Positions 50,356 to 59,859 are shown, counted from the first letter of the stretch. The stretch: DNA of 59,859 nt from Bigelowiella natans CCMP2755 (GCA_000320545.1 ADNK01001682.1:1-59859), one strand, 5' to 3'. Notes: generated from the sequence alone by a model not told the origin. Numbers and translations: made by a program.

Positions 50356-51579
50356 GATGACAGAACTCGCTGGTGAAATCGAACCGAAGGTTTCGAGTTG
50401 TGTTCCCCTGCCCCCGGTGTCCCTGTGTTCAAAAGCTTCAGGCGATTTTTCCGGGCTTCGTTCTTAAGGAGTAATTGACTTGGAAACCCAATGCAATTTG
50501 CAACAGCGACATCAACATTTTCAACCTTTTGAGAGCAAGTAGAAATCCCATTATGAAATGAAAACTTTTCGGGCGTTGCGCCATTGTGTGGTGCTCTCCA
50601 CTGAGCTGCGCTGGGAAAAACCGCTCGGATAGTGTCGATTTTTGGCCCAAAATTACAGAGGAAAGCGGCACATTGCTGCTCAAAACAGGCAGTGGAAAAT
50701 GCACCCTTTGTGTCCCTACGTCATCATGATTGTTCAAATTGTCAGCAGCCAAGGCCAAGCCAAAAATTCCCTTTTTTTTTTGGTGCTTCGTTTGCCTCCA
50801 GAAACGTGTTCCAATTCAATCTGGCGACTGCTGCACAAGAGGCAAATCGCCTCTCAGACTCTCAGAGCCTCTCTCCCCCTGCTGTCTCTCCCCCCTGGCC
50901 TTCTTCTCAACGGTGTTTGCAGACCAGTCTGTGCAAAGCGAGCGAGTGGTGCAAAGTGCACTTTGAAACACTTTGGACTCAAACCCGATGTGCAATGCAA
51001 ACGTGCAATGCGCCGCGCTTCACAGCTGGACGGTGCGGTGTTTCAAACTCACTCACGTGTTTCACGAAGCACGCTTGGAATGTGAATGCGCCGCTGAACT
51101 TGGGCGACTTGGAGGGACTGCCTCGTGGAAGAAAACGAACAACCCTTTCTGGCTTTGTCGCAAGTGTGGGTGGTCGCACTCTGGATTTTCTTGGCGACTT
51201 TGCACTCCTTGCCAGCCTGAGGACGGCGCGGGTCCCGTTTCGCTGGTCAGGTTGGCACTCACTTCGTTGTGTTGGTTGGGTGTTGGGGACTTTTGAACAG
51301 TGCCCTGTTCACAACGCAAACTTTGGCACGCTTCGATTGAGTGGACAAAGTCCGGGCCATCGACTCCAACTGGCCAAGCTAGCAAGTGCGCCAGCTGGCT
51401 GGCTGGGCCAGCGCACCACTGGACTGGAGCACTGGAGCACGCCACGTCAACGCGCCCCGACGACTTCACACTGAACTGGTGATCGTGACTTCACCCAATC
51501 AGTGCGTGCAAACGAAACCAATGCCTCCTCAATCACAAGGAGATCCATCAATACGCACTTCAACACCAAGCGAGGACGT

Positions 51580-51905
51580 TGTTGCGCGTAAGGTGTTCAC
51601 AGGCCGAGGCGCTACGTGCACAAGTAGGCAGGGGGGGGGAAAGGCACGTTTGCTTCCTTTTGAAGAGTTGTGTTTATTTTTATTAAAGATTATATTTTTA
51701 TTAAATCGTGCACTGCGTAATCATTCGCGAAGCTTTCGCGAATGCCGCCGCACGTGGGGCAGCACACTTCCGGTGTGCTGCCATGAGTCCCGCCGGAACC
51801 CACGTGCCTATGCTGTATTAATATCTACGTTATCTATATTCTATATCCGCGACAACCCCTTTGTTGTCGCACGTGACTTGTGCCCGCGTAGTGGTACGCG
51901 CTACA
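51580..51905 (-). repeat. 3' LTR
   Basis: TGTTGCGCGTA...TACGCGCTACA (10/11 terminal inverted repeat); no differences seen versus 56616-56941. Confidence 0.97.
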
Positions 51906-51916
51906 CCTCCCCCAAG
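51906..51916 (-). promoter_or_regulatory. Polypurine tract (PPT)
   Basis: Minus strand reads CTTGGGGGAGG immediately before the 3' LTR. Confidence 0.8.
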
Positions 51917-51956
51917 TCACGTTGCTCCTTCCTTCCTTCCTTATTCCCTTAGACCT

Positions 51957-54900
51957 TCATCGCTTTCGGAACTTCACCAACCACCAGGTAATAGATTCCT
52001 CTCTAACCTTATCTCCTTTGTCGCTTACCCAGAACTCACCTTCGTCCTTAGGTTCGTGTCCATACCAGCCCTCTGCATCAAGGTCCCCCAGGACCTTATA
52101 CCAGTGCTCAAAGGGTAAGTCGGGAACAGCTAGGTAGAGTAGCTGATATTTTCCGTCCTTTATTTTCATAGCTACCCTCTCCATATTTCGTAATCCAGGG
52201 TAGCCTAGATAGACAATCTTCATGCGCCAATCGTCGTTCACCCTGACCTTATTGTTTCCATATTCCACATCGAACTTAGGTCGGGGTCCTAAACAAGGCA
52301 TTGCTCGCTCCCACACAGTAGGGTTTACTTTAACATCCTCTAGGAGCTTCTCACCGATATCATAATTCTTTAGGTGACTGATGTGGCGCAAGGTGACCCT
52401 GTTCCCATCATAGATGTAGTACTGCTTCCTCCCCTTCCTCTCGGTAACCTTTGCAACGCCACCCCAGAAGGGGTCTTGTTTATTTCTCGATCTCAGATTT
52501 ACCTTGGCCCTAACATACTGTCCTTCCTTTAGAACTCGGCCATCGTACGGGACCTTCTCGTCTTCGCTCTCGGTATCGTCGTCGTTGTCGTCGCCTTCTT
52601 CCCTCTCCTTATCCTTGATACCTCCCCCAGACGTGAAGGTGTCGTTTACTAACCCTTGTATCTTGTCTGGTGTGGTGCTATTTATCCTGCTTAGGTTGGC
52701 CAAGGTGCGGTGGAGTCGCTCTACCTTGGAGTTGGACTGGGCATAGTATACAGGTGAGGCATCAATATTAGGGTGTGGTAGCTGTAGAAGAGAGGTCTCA
52801 TTATCCACATGTAACTTCTTTGGTATCTTGTTTATGCTAACTTCATCAGGGATAGCCTGGAGCTCAGACTCCCAGGTACGGTAGCAGTTAGTAAGCCTCT
52901 GCTTATATAAGCCTTTGTTCTTCTTAGCAACGTTGACCTTGATAATCTTTTTAACCCAGCACTTTCCAGTGGCCACATCAACGAAGGTAAGGTAGTGATA
53001 GCCATCGTACTTATAAACATCAATTTGCACGATATCTAAGAAGTTCCTTGCTTTGATTTTCTTAGATGCACGGCTCTTGCTGGACTCCTTGGTGGCGACG
53101 CCTGCCGCCTTCAAGCTGGAGCACCTGCAGCCACGCAGGTATGTCCTTATCTCTTTTAGCTTGTAGGGCCAGTAGTAATGGTAGAGTAGAGCAGTGATAT
53201 GGTTTTCTCCTACGTGTGCAGGTCCATGGGCGGTAAAGAGAAGGGCTCCCCTGGTCCGCCGTGGCACGTAGGTACGCCTAACATTATTAGTGTATACATA
53301 TATCCTATCACTAAGTACCTCATGCTTGTGTTTGTATTTATCCAGGTGTTCTTGAAGGTGCTGGAGCTCCTCTGGCTCAGGCAGGAAGTCGCCGTCCTCG
53401 AAGGTAATCGCGTTAACCATAGGGGTGACCTGGGTAGGGACTTTCTTTTCGAACAGCCTGCTGAAATAGTCAGCAAGCTGCTTGTCTCCTGGTGCGTAGA
53501 CCACTGTCCTCTTGTCCCTAAACTCTTCCGTGTCCGCCCTCATAGCTGCATACTCATCGTTAGGCGCTTCGAGCTTGCGGTCGATGCCTAGGAGGGGCTT
53601 GTGGTCAGTCATTAAGGTGAAGCTGGGCACCGACAGCAGGTAGTATCTTAGTTTCCTCTGCGCCTCAGTCATGGCTTTATACTCTCCTTTTGTAGGGCTG
53701 TACTTGGCCTCAGCTGCTGTGCAGGCCCTGCCCCACACCCGTATGATCTGCTGGTCTTGGGTAAGTACAGCAGCCATACCTAGCTTAGACCAGTCTGTCC
53801 ATAGGGTAGCTGGTCTAGTAGTGTCTAGCTTAGCATTCAATAGGGTGTTGCTGCATAACTTTATTAGGTTATCGAAGTGGGCATCAAGGCCAGCCTTGGC
53901 CCACACCTTAGCGAAGCTGAGGCCTACAGAGTTCTCCTTCCGGTAAGCAGTAGTAAAAGCAGCTGCAGTCCTAGCGTAGGTAGGGGAGAACCTACGTAGT
54001 ATCCAAGCTGCAGTCTGCAAGAATGACTTTAACTCCTTTGCATTCTTAGGTTTAGGGGCTTGCTGTAGTGCTGCTACTTTCTCGGGGTTTGGGGTGATGC
54101 GGCCTTGCTCCAGGTAATATCCACACCACTTGATTCTTGTAGCTAGGAATGTACACTTCTGCAGTCTAATAGTAAAACCGAAGTGTGCAAACCTAATAAA
54201 TATATTTTCCAGGAGGAAGATCTGAGCGACGACTGTGTTGGTACATATTATGTCATCATCCACATACACAAACACAAACACCCACAACACAGACGCCATC
54301 CCATCATGTGTGTATGCCCTGTAGTTCTGACTACTGAACGCATCCCCTGATATGCTTAGGCCGTAAGGGAATACGACGAAGTGCCACTTCCTGTGCCTGC
54401 TGGAGAACGCGGTAATGGGGCGGGAGGTTTTGTGGATGGGTGTCTGCATGTATGATTCATTTTTATCTAGGGAAGAGTAGTATTTGTATCCTATGACGTG
54501 TTCAATAACGTCATCTATCCTTGGTGTAGGTGTCTGGATCCTCTTTATTACTCGGTTGTGGCGGATGAAGTTGTGCGCCAGGCGGAAGAAAGGGTAAGTA
54601 GGTTTCTTAGCTAGCACATGTCTCACGTTCCATGGTGAGTTGCTTGGCTCTATCTTCCCTTCCTTTGCCCATTCATTGATCTGCCACTCTATCTTTTCCC
54701 AGTCCGCTTCCGGTCGCCTATGTTCTGGGTCATTGATGATGCACTCTTCGTATCCCTTCTTTAGCTCGATCTTTACTGGGGTAAGCTTGCTGGAGGGCTT
54801 CGTCGTCGGCTTGGTGATGTCAGAGTACTTCTCGTTTAATATTTTATTAATGTACTTTTTGCCTTTGTCGATATCCCAATCATCAGCTGGGGGGGTCTTG

Positions 54901-56576
54901 TCCAGTAGCTCCGTTATCTGTCGGATGGTCTTGCCGGGGTTCTTCTTCCGTAGCTCGGTAGGTGTAGGTAGCTTGTTGTCCGCTAGGTCCATAAACTCTA
55001 ACGCATTAACGCTTGACTCAGAGGTCCACTCGTCAAGCCGTATCATGTTCTGGCTGATGGTCCTGCCTGACTTCTTTGGCAACTTAGCAAAGTATATCTT
55101 GTGATTGTAGAATGATATGATCCCCCCTAATTTTTCTAGGGCATCCTGTCCGAGGAGTAGTTCCATGGATAAAGTCATGGCTACTCGGGTCTTGATTTGG
55201 GTCTCCGCGTCGCTGCCAGGTATCTGTAGCTTTAGCATTAGCTCACCGACGGTCTTCATGGAAGAGCTTCCGTCTGCTTGAGCATATTTACGTTCTTTCT
55301 TAGTCACTTGATCCAATAGTCCTAACCTTCTTACTGTGCTTAGGCTTATGAAGGACTTCGGCATGCTGCCACTATCCCAAAGGGCAGGTAGTTTCTTGTA
55401 GTCTCCGTAGCTGTCTTTAACTTTAACCTTGGTCATAGCAACTTTGATAGTCCTGTTAGCGTCTTCGTCATTAATGTTGCATACTCCTAAGTTCTTTATG
55501 TCGTCTAGGGTCATGGGCTTGTCTTGGTCCTGCGTTGCTGGTACTGCTGTCTTCGTCGGCGCCTGCTTAAGGTGATCTAATATTCCGTTTATCTGCTGCT
55601 GTATAGCATTGATACTGTTCTGCTTTTTGTTCTTATATTTATTGTTCTTCCCGTTGTTGCTGCCTTGCCATTTGCTGTTGTTATATCCTTGTCCTCTGCC
55701 TTTCTTTCTCTTTAACTTCTCGTAGTGTTCGTTGAGCTGCCTGATCGTCATCCTGGGTCGTCCTTCTTTCCTGTCTCTGCAGTCTTTAGCGGTGTGTTTC
55801 CCTTTACGTGAGCAGTATCCGCAACGTCGGTTACCTTCCCTGTCCTTGTACCAGTCTCGCTGCGGCTTAATAGCGTTAATGTTTCCTATGCCAGGTACCT
55901 TAGGGCTGGTAAACTTGCGGTCCTGCTCCTGCTCGCGTAGGGATATAGCCTGCACTGCTGCCTCCATCGTGGTGTAGCCTTTCTCCGTAACGTAAGTGGA
56001 TTCCTTTATCTTTAACTTGAACTCTTCAAACCTTGCCTGATCATCACCTCTTTTCCCGTTGTATTTCGTTATCATAACCGGTGCTGTTTTAACAGACATG
56101 AACTGGGTGTTCCGCTGTACCGGCTGCTGCTGCTTGACGGTGCTCTGGGTCGTCCCCCGCGAGGCGCCCAGACCCCCGTCGTTCCTAAACAAAGCTGCCC
56201 ACTCTGGAGGTAAGTCTGCTTCGTAATCCATGATGTCCTGCATGATAGCTGCCCAAACATCATGTGTCTGATACTTGTATTCTATCGATACTTTCAGTTT
56301 GGCGTAGTTGCTCGCCCTGGGTCGCAAGGCTCGTAATGCCATTACGACCTTCTTGCTTTCGGCGGCCACGTCCTCGTCGTCCGCCTCGTAGAAGTTCTCC
56401 AGTGCCTCTGCTGCTGCATCTGCTTTCTTAATCCCGGGTGCTGGTCCCGGCGGTGCCTGTGGAGGTGTTCCTCCTCCTTCCTTAGCGTCCGTATCGCCCT
56501 TCCTTTCCTGTTTCTGCTCGTGCCCTTGCACGGCCTGCGAGCCAAAGTCCTGCTGTTCTTCTAGCTGCTGTGACAT
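51957..56576 (-). CDS. Gag-Pol polyprotein, 1539 aa
   Basis: Zn knuckle CGYCSRKGKHTAKDC; aspartic protease ALWDSGS; RT motifs FPYGL and YVDD (about 54255-54266); RNase H TDWS...E...TDHKPL...ADYFSR; integrase H-H-C-C, QID, HVD, SKVER; SH3-like C-terminal domain; extra domain of about 125 aa at the end. Confidence 0.96.
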   Translation of the reverse strand: MSQQLEEQQDFGSQAVQGHEQKQERKGDTDAKEGGGTPPQAPPGPAPGIKKADAAAEALENFYEADDEDVAAESKKVVMALRALRPRASNYAKLKVSIEYKYQTHDVWAAIMQDIMDYEADLPPEWAALFRNDGGLGASRGTTQSTVKQQQPVQRNTQFMSVKTAPVMITKYNGKRGDDQARFEEFKLKIKESTYVTEKGYTTMEAAVQAISLREQEQDRKFTSPKVPGIGNINAIKPQRDWYKDREGNRRCGYCSRKGKHTAKDCRDRKEGRPRMTIRQLNEHYEKLKRKKGRGQGYNNSKWQGSNNGKNNKYKNKKQNSINAIQQQINGILDHLKQAPTKTAVPATQDQDKPMTLDDIKNLGVCNINDEDANRTIKVAMTKVKVKDSYGDYKKLPALWDSGSMPKSFISLSTVRRLGLLDQVTKKERKYAQADGSSSMKTVGELMLKLQIPGSDAETQIKTRVAMTLSMELLLGQDALEKLGGIISFYNHKIYFAKLPKKSGRTISQNMIRLDEWTSESSVNALEFMDLADNKLPTPTELRKKNPGKTIRQITELLDKTPPADDWDIDKGKKYINKILNEKYSDITKPTTKPSSKLTPVKIELKKGYEECIINDPEHRRPEADWEKIEWQINEWAKEGKIEPSNSPWNVRHVLAKKPTYPFFRLAHNFIRHNRVIKRIQTPTPRIDDVIEHVIGYKYYSSLDKNESYMQTPIHKTSRPITAFSSRHRKWHFVVFPYGLSISGDAFSSQNYRAYTHDGMASVLWVFVFVYVDDDIICTNTVVAQIFLLENIFIRFAHFGFTIRLQKCTFLATRIKWCGYYLEQGRITPNPEKVAALQQAPKPKNAKELKSFLQTAAWILRRFSPTYARTAAAFTTAYRKENSVGLSFAKVWAKAGLDAHFDNLIKLCSNTLLNAKLDTTRPATLWTDWSKLGMAAVLTQDQQIIRVWGRACTAAEAKYSPTKGEYKAMTEAQRKLRYYLLSVPSFTLMTDHKPLLGIDRKLEAPNDEYAAMRADTEEFRDKRTVVYAPGDKQLADYFSRLFEKKVPTQVTPMVNAITFEDGDFLPEPEELQHLQEHLDKYKHKHEVLSDRIYVYTNNVRRTYVPRRTRGALLFTAHGPAHVGENHITALLYHYYWPYKLKEIRTYLRGCRCSSLKAAGVATKESSKSRASKKIKARNFLDIVQIDVYKYDGYHYLTFVDVATGKCWVKKIIKVNVAKKNKGLYKQRLTNCYRTWESELQAIPDEVSINKIPKKLHVDNETSLLQLPHPNIDASPVYYAQSNSKVERLHRTLANLSRINSTTPDKIQGLVNDTFTSGGGIKDKEREEGDDNDDDTESEDEKVPYDGRVLKEGQYVRAKVNLRSRNKQDPFWGGVAKVTERKGRKQYYIYDGNRVTLRHISHLKNYDIGEKLLEDVKVNPTVWERAMPCLGPRPKFDVEYGNNKVRVNDDWRMKIVYLGYPGLRNMERVAMKIKDGKYQLLYLAVPDLPFEHWYKVLGDLDAEGWYGHEPKDEGEFWVSDKGDKVREESITWWLVKFRKR

Positions 56577-56592
56577 TGTTAGTCAAATCGTT

Positions 56593-56610
56593 TCCCGTGT
56601 GTGGAAGCCA
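56593..56610 (-). promoter_or_regulatory. tRNA primer-binding site
   Basis: Minus strand TGGCTTCCACACACGGGA lies 5 nt after the 5' LTR. Its complement reads as a tRNA 3' end (CCGTG-TGTGGAA-G-CCA). Confidence 0.75.
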
Positions 56611-56615
56611 AAGGT

Positions 56616-56941
56616 TGTTGCGCGTAAGGTGTTCACAGGCCGAGGCGCTACGTGCACAAGTAGGCAGGGGGGGGGAAAGGCACGTTTGCTTCCTTTTGAA
56701 GAGTTGTGTTTATTTTTATTAAAGATTATATTTTTATTAAATCGTGCACTGCGTAATCATTCGCGAAGCTTTCGCGAATGCCGCCGCACGTGGGGCAGCA
56801 CACTTCCGGTGTGCTGCCATGAGTCCCGCCGGAACCCACGTGCCTATGCTGTATTAATATCTACGTTATCTATATTCTATATCCGCGACAACCCCTTTGT
56901 TGTCGCACGTGACTTGTGCCCGCGTAGTGGTACGCGCTACA
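56616..56941 (-). repeat. 5' LTR
   Basis: Copy of 51580-51905; overlapping ORF translations through both LTRs are identical. Confidence 0.97.
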
Positions 56942-57697
56942 ACGTGCCCTTTTCCGTCCTGCTTGGGCCGCTTGGCTTCCCTGCTGCCTGAGAAAAGTCG
57001 CTTCTCCTTTCAAACTCTTTCGGCCACTTGTGTCCTTTGCGGCTGTGCGCACAACAGCCAGTCAGGTCACAAAGTCATTGTTCATTGTGAATCGTGACAA
57101 GTGTCCACAACGGATGGGAAGAGTTTGAAGTGAAAACAACGCGTGCGCAAGGCCAGGAGGACTGTCCCGCAAGGTTCCAGGAGTTCAAGATTCATGTTCA
57201 TTCGACACACCAACAAGGTCCACGGACATCTGATGAGCTGCAAGCGCCTCAAGCGGTCGGTCACGCTGACTCGTCCATGCACGCCCTCAAAAAAAACTGA
57301 TGAGGGTTGAGATTTTGAACACTGACTGGTGAACACGGGGTTGAGTCAACGGTCACCGCTTTTTTGTTGTTCAACAAAATTAAAAAAAAACATAGCGTTC
57401 ATCTTCTGCGACAATCCTTTCCGCAGCCAGAGATGGCCGTCATGTAGCGAAAATATCCCAGCTGGGAAGACGCAACTCTGGAAAACGATTCCGGACTACC
57501 ATGCGCGACTTGACAATACGTTGTCGCAAGCAAGTAACGGTCTAATCCAGGAGAATTACGAGAAATTAGGTACCCCATCTTCCTTCCTCCCAACCCTAAC
57601 CGTACCCACTTCCTCTGGATTTTCCAATTCCCCGCGGCCTCCTCCTCTTGCATCCAAAGCTTCCTCGCGCACTTTCACACCCTCTGCTAGCTACAAG

Positions 57698-59859
57698 ATG
57701 CTTCGCCTAGGCCGGGTCTACCGCCGGTGCTGCCGCATGACGACGCCTCTCGCCAAGAGGAAAATCCTCCCAGCCATAGGGTCTTCCCTCCGATTTAACA
57801 CGGACGGAAAGAACGATGACCTCCCAGAGCTCAGGCGGCAAGCTACGTTAGGGTATGAATTTTCGCTTGCGCGCTGACTACATCTTGGCGAAACCTCCAA
57901 GTTTAAATTCTCCCCTCCCTCTAGAACTTAAGTTTTCTTACGAAGGACAGTTTTTACGGCCCCTGATATTTTTTGGAGATGATCATGATCACGTGATGCA
58001 TTTTCGTCTCTGCTCCTAATGTCGCCACCTCTGGTATTCTAGCTGGATGAAAGAGGGAGAAGATGATTTGTTCGAAGATGCCCTGAAGAAGTCCCTCGTA
58101 CACGACCTCGTGGATGATAACCGAGGATCTGCTAACCAGGTATGGAGGGGGGAGGGGAGAGTGATAGCGGCAAAAGATATGAATATACCATAACCTAACA
58201 TTTCACTGATTGCGCCGATATTTTTTAATATTAATCCTTCAGTTTGCTGGCATGAACACAAATCTCTGCTATTGTACGCGCCCTCTCATCTTAAAAGAGT
58301 GAATATACCTATAGGTTGTGCCGTGGTTCTTGACCAACATGCCCCGCGACTATTTCAGTCAGCTCTCGAAAAAGATCTGGTGCGCCGCTGGACTTACTTT
58401 TGCGAATCCCCTTCCCGCTCTCTATTTCCCCTCTCCATTCGACTCTTACTAAGCTGTTTTCTGTCAGCGAAAACGAATGTACAGAGTGTGTGTCACGTTT
58501 TATCTGGAATGCTTTTTTGTGTGTTTGTATGTTCATGCGTTTGTTTGTTTATGTGTTGGGTGGGAATTTCATGTAACGTATTGCCTTTTTGCTGCTGATG
58601 TCTAGGTACGGCCATCTACGTGCATTAAACGCTCTTTTCGAGATGAAGGAGACGCCTGACTTGGCGCTCACAAGCCCTTGTAACAACTGGTAACGTGATG
58701 GATGGCAAATAGCTCCTACTTTCTTTCTCTTACTACCCGTTTACGCACACCCGCGTTTGAAATCAAGGCTTTAGTGAGAATATTCATTCTTACCATGCGA
58801 GAAAGAAACATTGATCTATTGAGTTGTGTTGGACGTATAAATAGCCGTCGGAAGTAGAATATTTTGCTTCTAATTTCTCATTCCCTCGTCTCCCATCAAA
58901 CGCAGGGTCACCTTCATCAAGAGCCACAACTATGTAGGTAATGCTGCGGAGATCTCAAAAAGAATGCGCGCTCACGCGCAATGCCGCAAAATCCTAAAAT
59001 TATATAGTTTTTATATGAAACTGCATTTCAAGCACGTAGTTCTGTATTTCCCCTTTGTTTTTCGCTGTTCGGATCCGGTATCTTCGCCAGATGTTGGCCG
59101 CCATTTTTATGCTTTTTCTCTCATGTGATGGTTCTCTCCTTCTGCTACTATTAACTGCAGGTCTGATGGAGGAGATGCTGAAGGAACTACCTACTGACCA
59201 AACGCCAACGCTCGTACGCATGTTTACTTCCAAAGACTGCATATTGGCCATTAACGTTTTCGGGTAGTAGCAGTGACAGTCGTTGTAGTAGTAGTAGTAG
59301 TCGAAGCAATAACAGCAGCAGCATAAGTGATGGTAGCAGCAATAATAGTAACGGATTATCCTTCACGGCGCTATTACCTATAGTCCCCCGCTCTACTAGT
59401 TGCCTTGATTCACATATACAAGGAAAAGAATCGTGCAGACAACATGCGCCCGCGCTCCCACGTTCTCTAGTCTCCGAGCGAATGTCACGTGCGCGTGGTA
59501 AGTTGATGAGCTGAACCTAATCATTGACAGGTACGGAAAGCAGACCCTTGCCCAAGACGACGAATTCGAGTCGAGGTGGTGGAAGAAACGTCCCTTTTTG
59601 TAGAGAGTTGTTATCCTCCGTGAAAGCTGCATTTATCTGTTGTGCCAAGTGTATCTATTTGAGCTTCAACCGCCATCTAGAAAACGCCTTCTGCAACGTT
59701 ATTAGGAGCCAAAAACCTTGTTTCAAAGCTATGGCTCATACTACTTTCACACGATAAAAACCAACCAAACATTCTCCGATGTTATATCCCCCCTCCCCCC
59801 CCTCGCACACACACACTACTACTACTAACTACTAACTACTACTACGTACTACTACGTAC
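57698..59859 (+). CDS. Probable large NAD-specific glutamate dehydrogenase, N-terminal exons, mitochondrial-type presequence (runs off the window)
   Basis: Arg-rich presequence MLRLGRVYRRCCRMTTPLAKRK, then exons WMKEGEDDLFEDALKK, VVPWFLTNMPRDYFSQL, YGHLRALNALF, VTFIKSHNYVGLMEEMLKELP..LVRMFTSKDCILAINVFGYG. These resemble, from my recall, the N-terminus of protist GDH2-type enzymes. The catalytic domain is not in the window. Confidence 0.6.

Larger units (their letters stand above)
51580..56941 (-). mobile_element. Intact Ty3/Gypsy LTR retrotransposon (5362 bp)
   Basis: Two 326-bp TG...CA LTRs, ACGT target-site duplication (51576-51579 and 56942-56945), PBS and PPT in the expected places, and a single gag-pol ORF with PR-RT-RH-IN order. 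Confidence 0.97.

Noticed and set aside
50632-51474. 280-aa ORF and overlapping ORFs, including a W-x-C-x2-C...C-x2-C zinc-finger-like pattern
   Set aside because: TpA loss removes TAA/TAG stops and Tyr codons (the ORF has no Tyr) and inflates Cys/His/Trp, so long ORFs and Cys patterns are expected by chance. No family recognised.
51386-51952. Duplicated ORF also present at 56599-56991
   Set aside because: Read-through of the two LTR copies on the antisense strand; no evidence of coding function.
56588-56610. tRNA-like 3' end ending in CCA
   Set aside because: No upstream D or anticodon arms; it is the retrotransposon PBS, not a tRNA gene.

Overview
Eukaryotic nuclear DNA, intron-rich and full of microsatellites; it looks protist/algal, but the taxon cannot be fixed from sequence alone. 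About 11 gene models strictly alternate strand: unknown membrane protein (+, partial), bacterial-type tRNA m6A37 methyltransferase TrmN6/YfiC (-), divergent casein kinase 1 (+), REJ/GPS polycystin-1-like receptor ending in a PDZ-like domain (-), low-complexity protein with RRM-like, PAM2 and eIF4E-binding-like motifs (+), decayed membrane-protein pseudogene (-), tandem cupin (+), TSR3 with a C-terminal SAP domain (-), SMYD SET/MYND methyltransferase (+), EF-hand/coiled-coil plastin-like protein (-) and a probable NAD-glutamate dehydrogenase (+, partial). An intact, very young Ty3/Gypsy LTR retrotransposon occupies 51580-56941 (326-bp LTRs that read identical, ACGT target duplication). The most notable observations: (1) the Gypsy polyprotein ends in a degenerate DIRS/Dam-like N6-adenine methyltransferase-like domain and has a shortened D-27-E integrase; (2) it is inserted into about 1.3 kb of DNA almost devoid of TpA while CpG is retained, suggesting a TpA-erasing mutational process; (3) every tail-to-tail gap carries CTAG/CATG/TGCA palindrome-rich or TpA-poor sequence. 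Exon boundaries were read by eye and are approximate.
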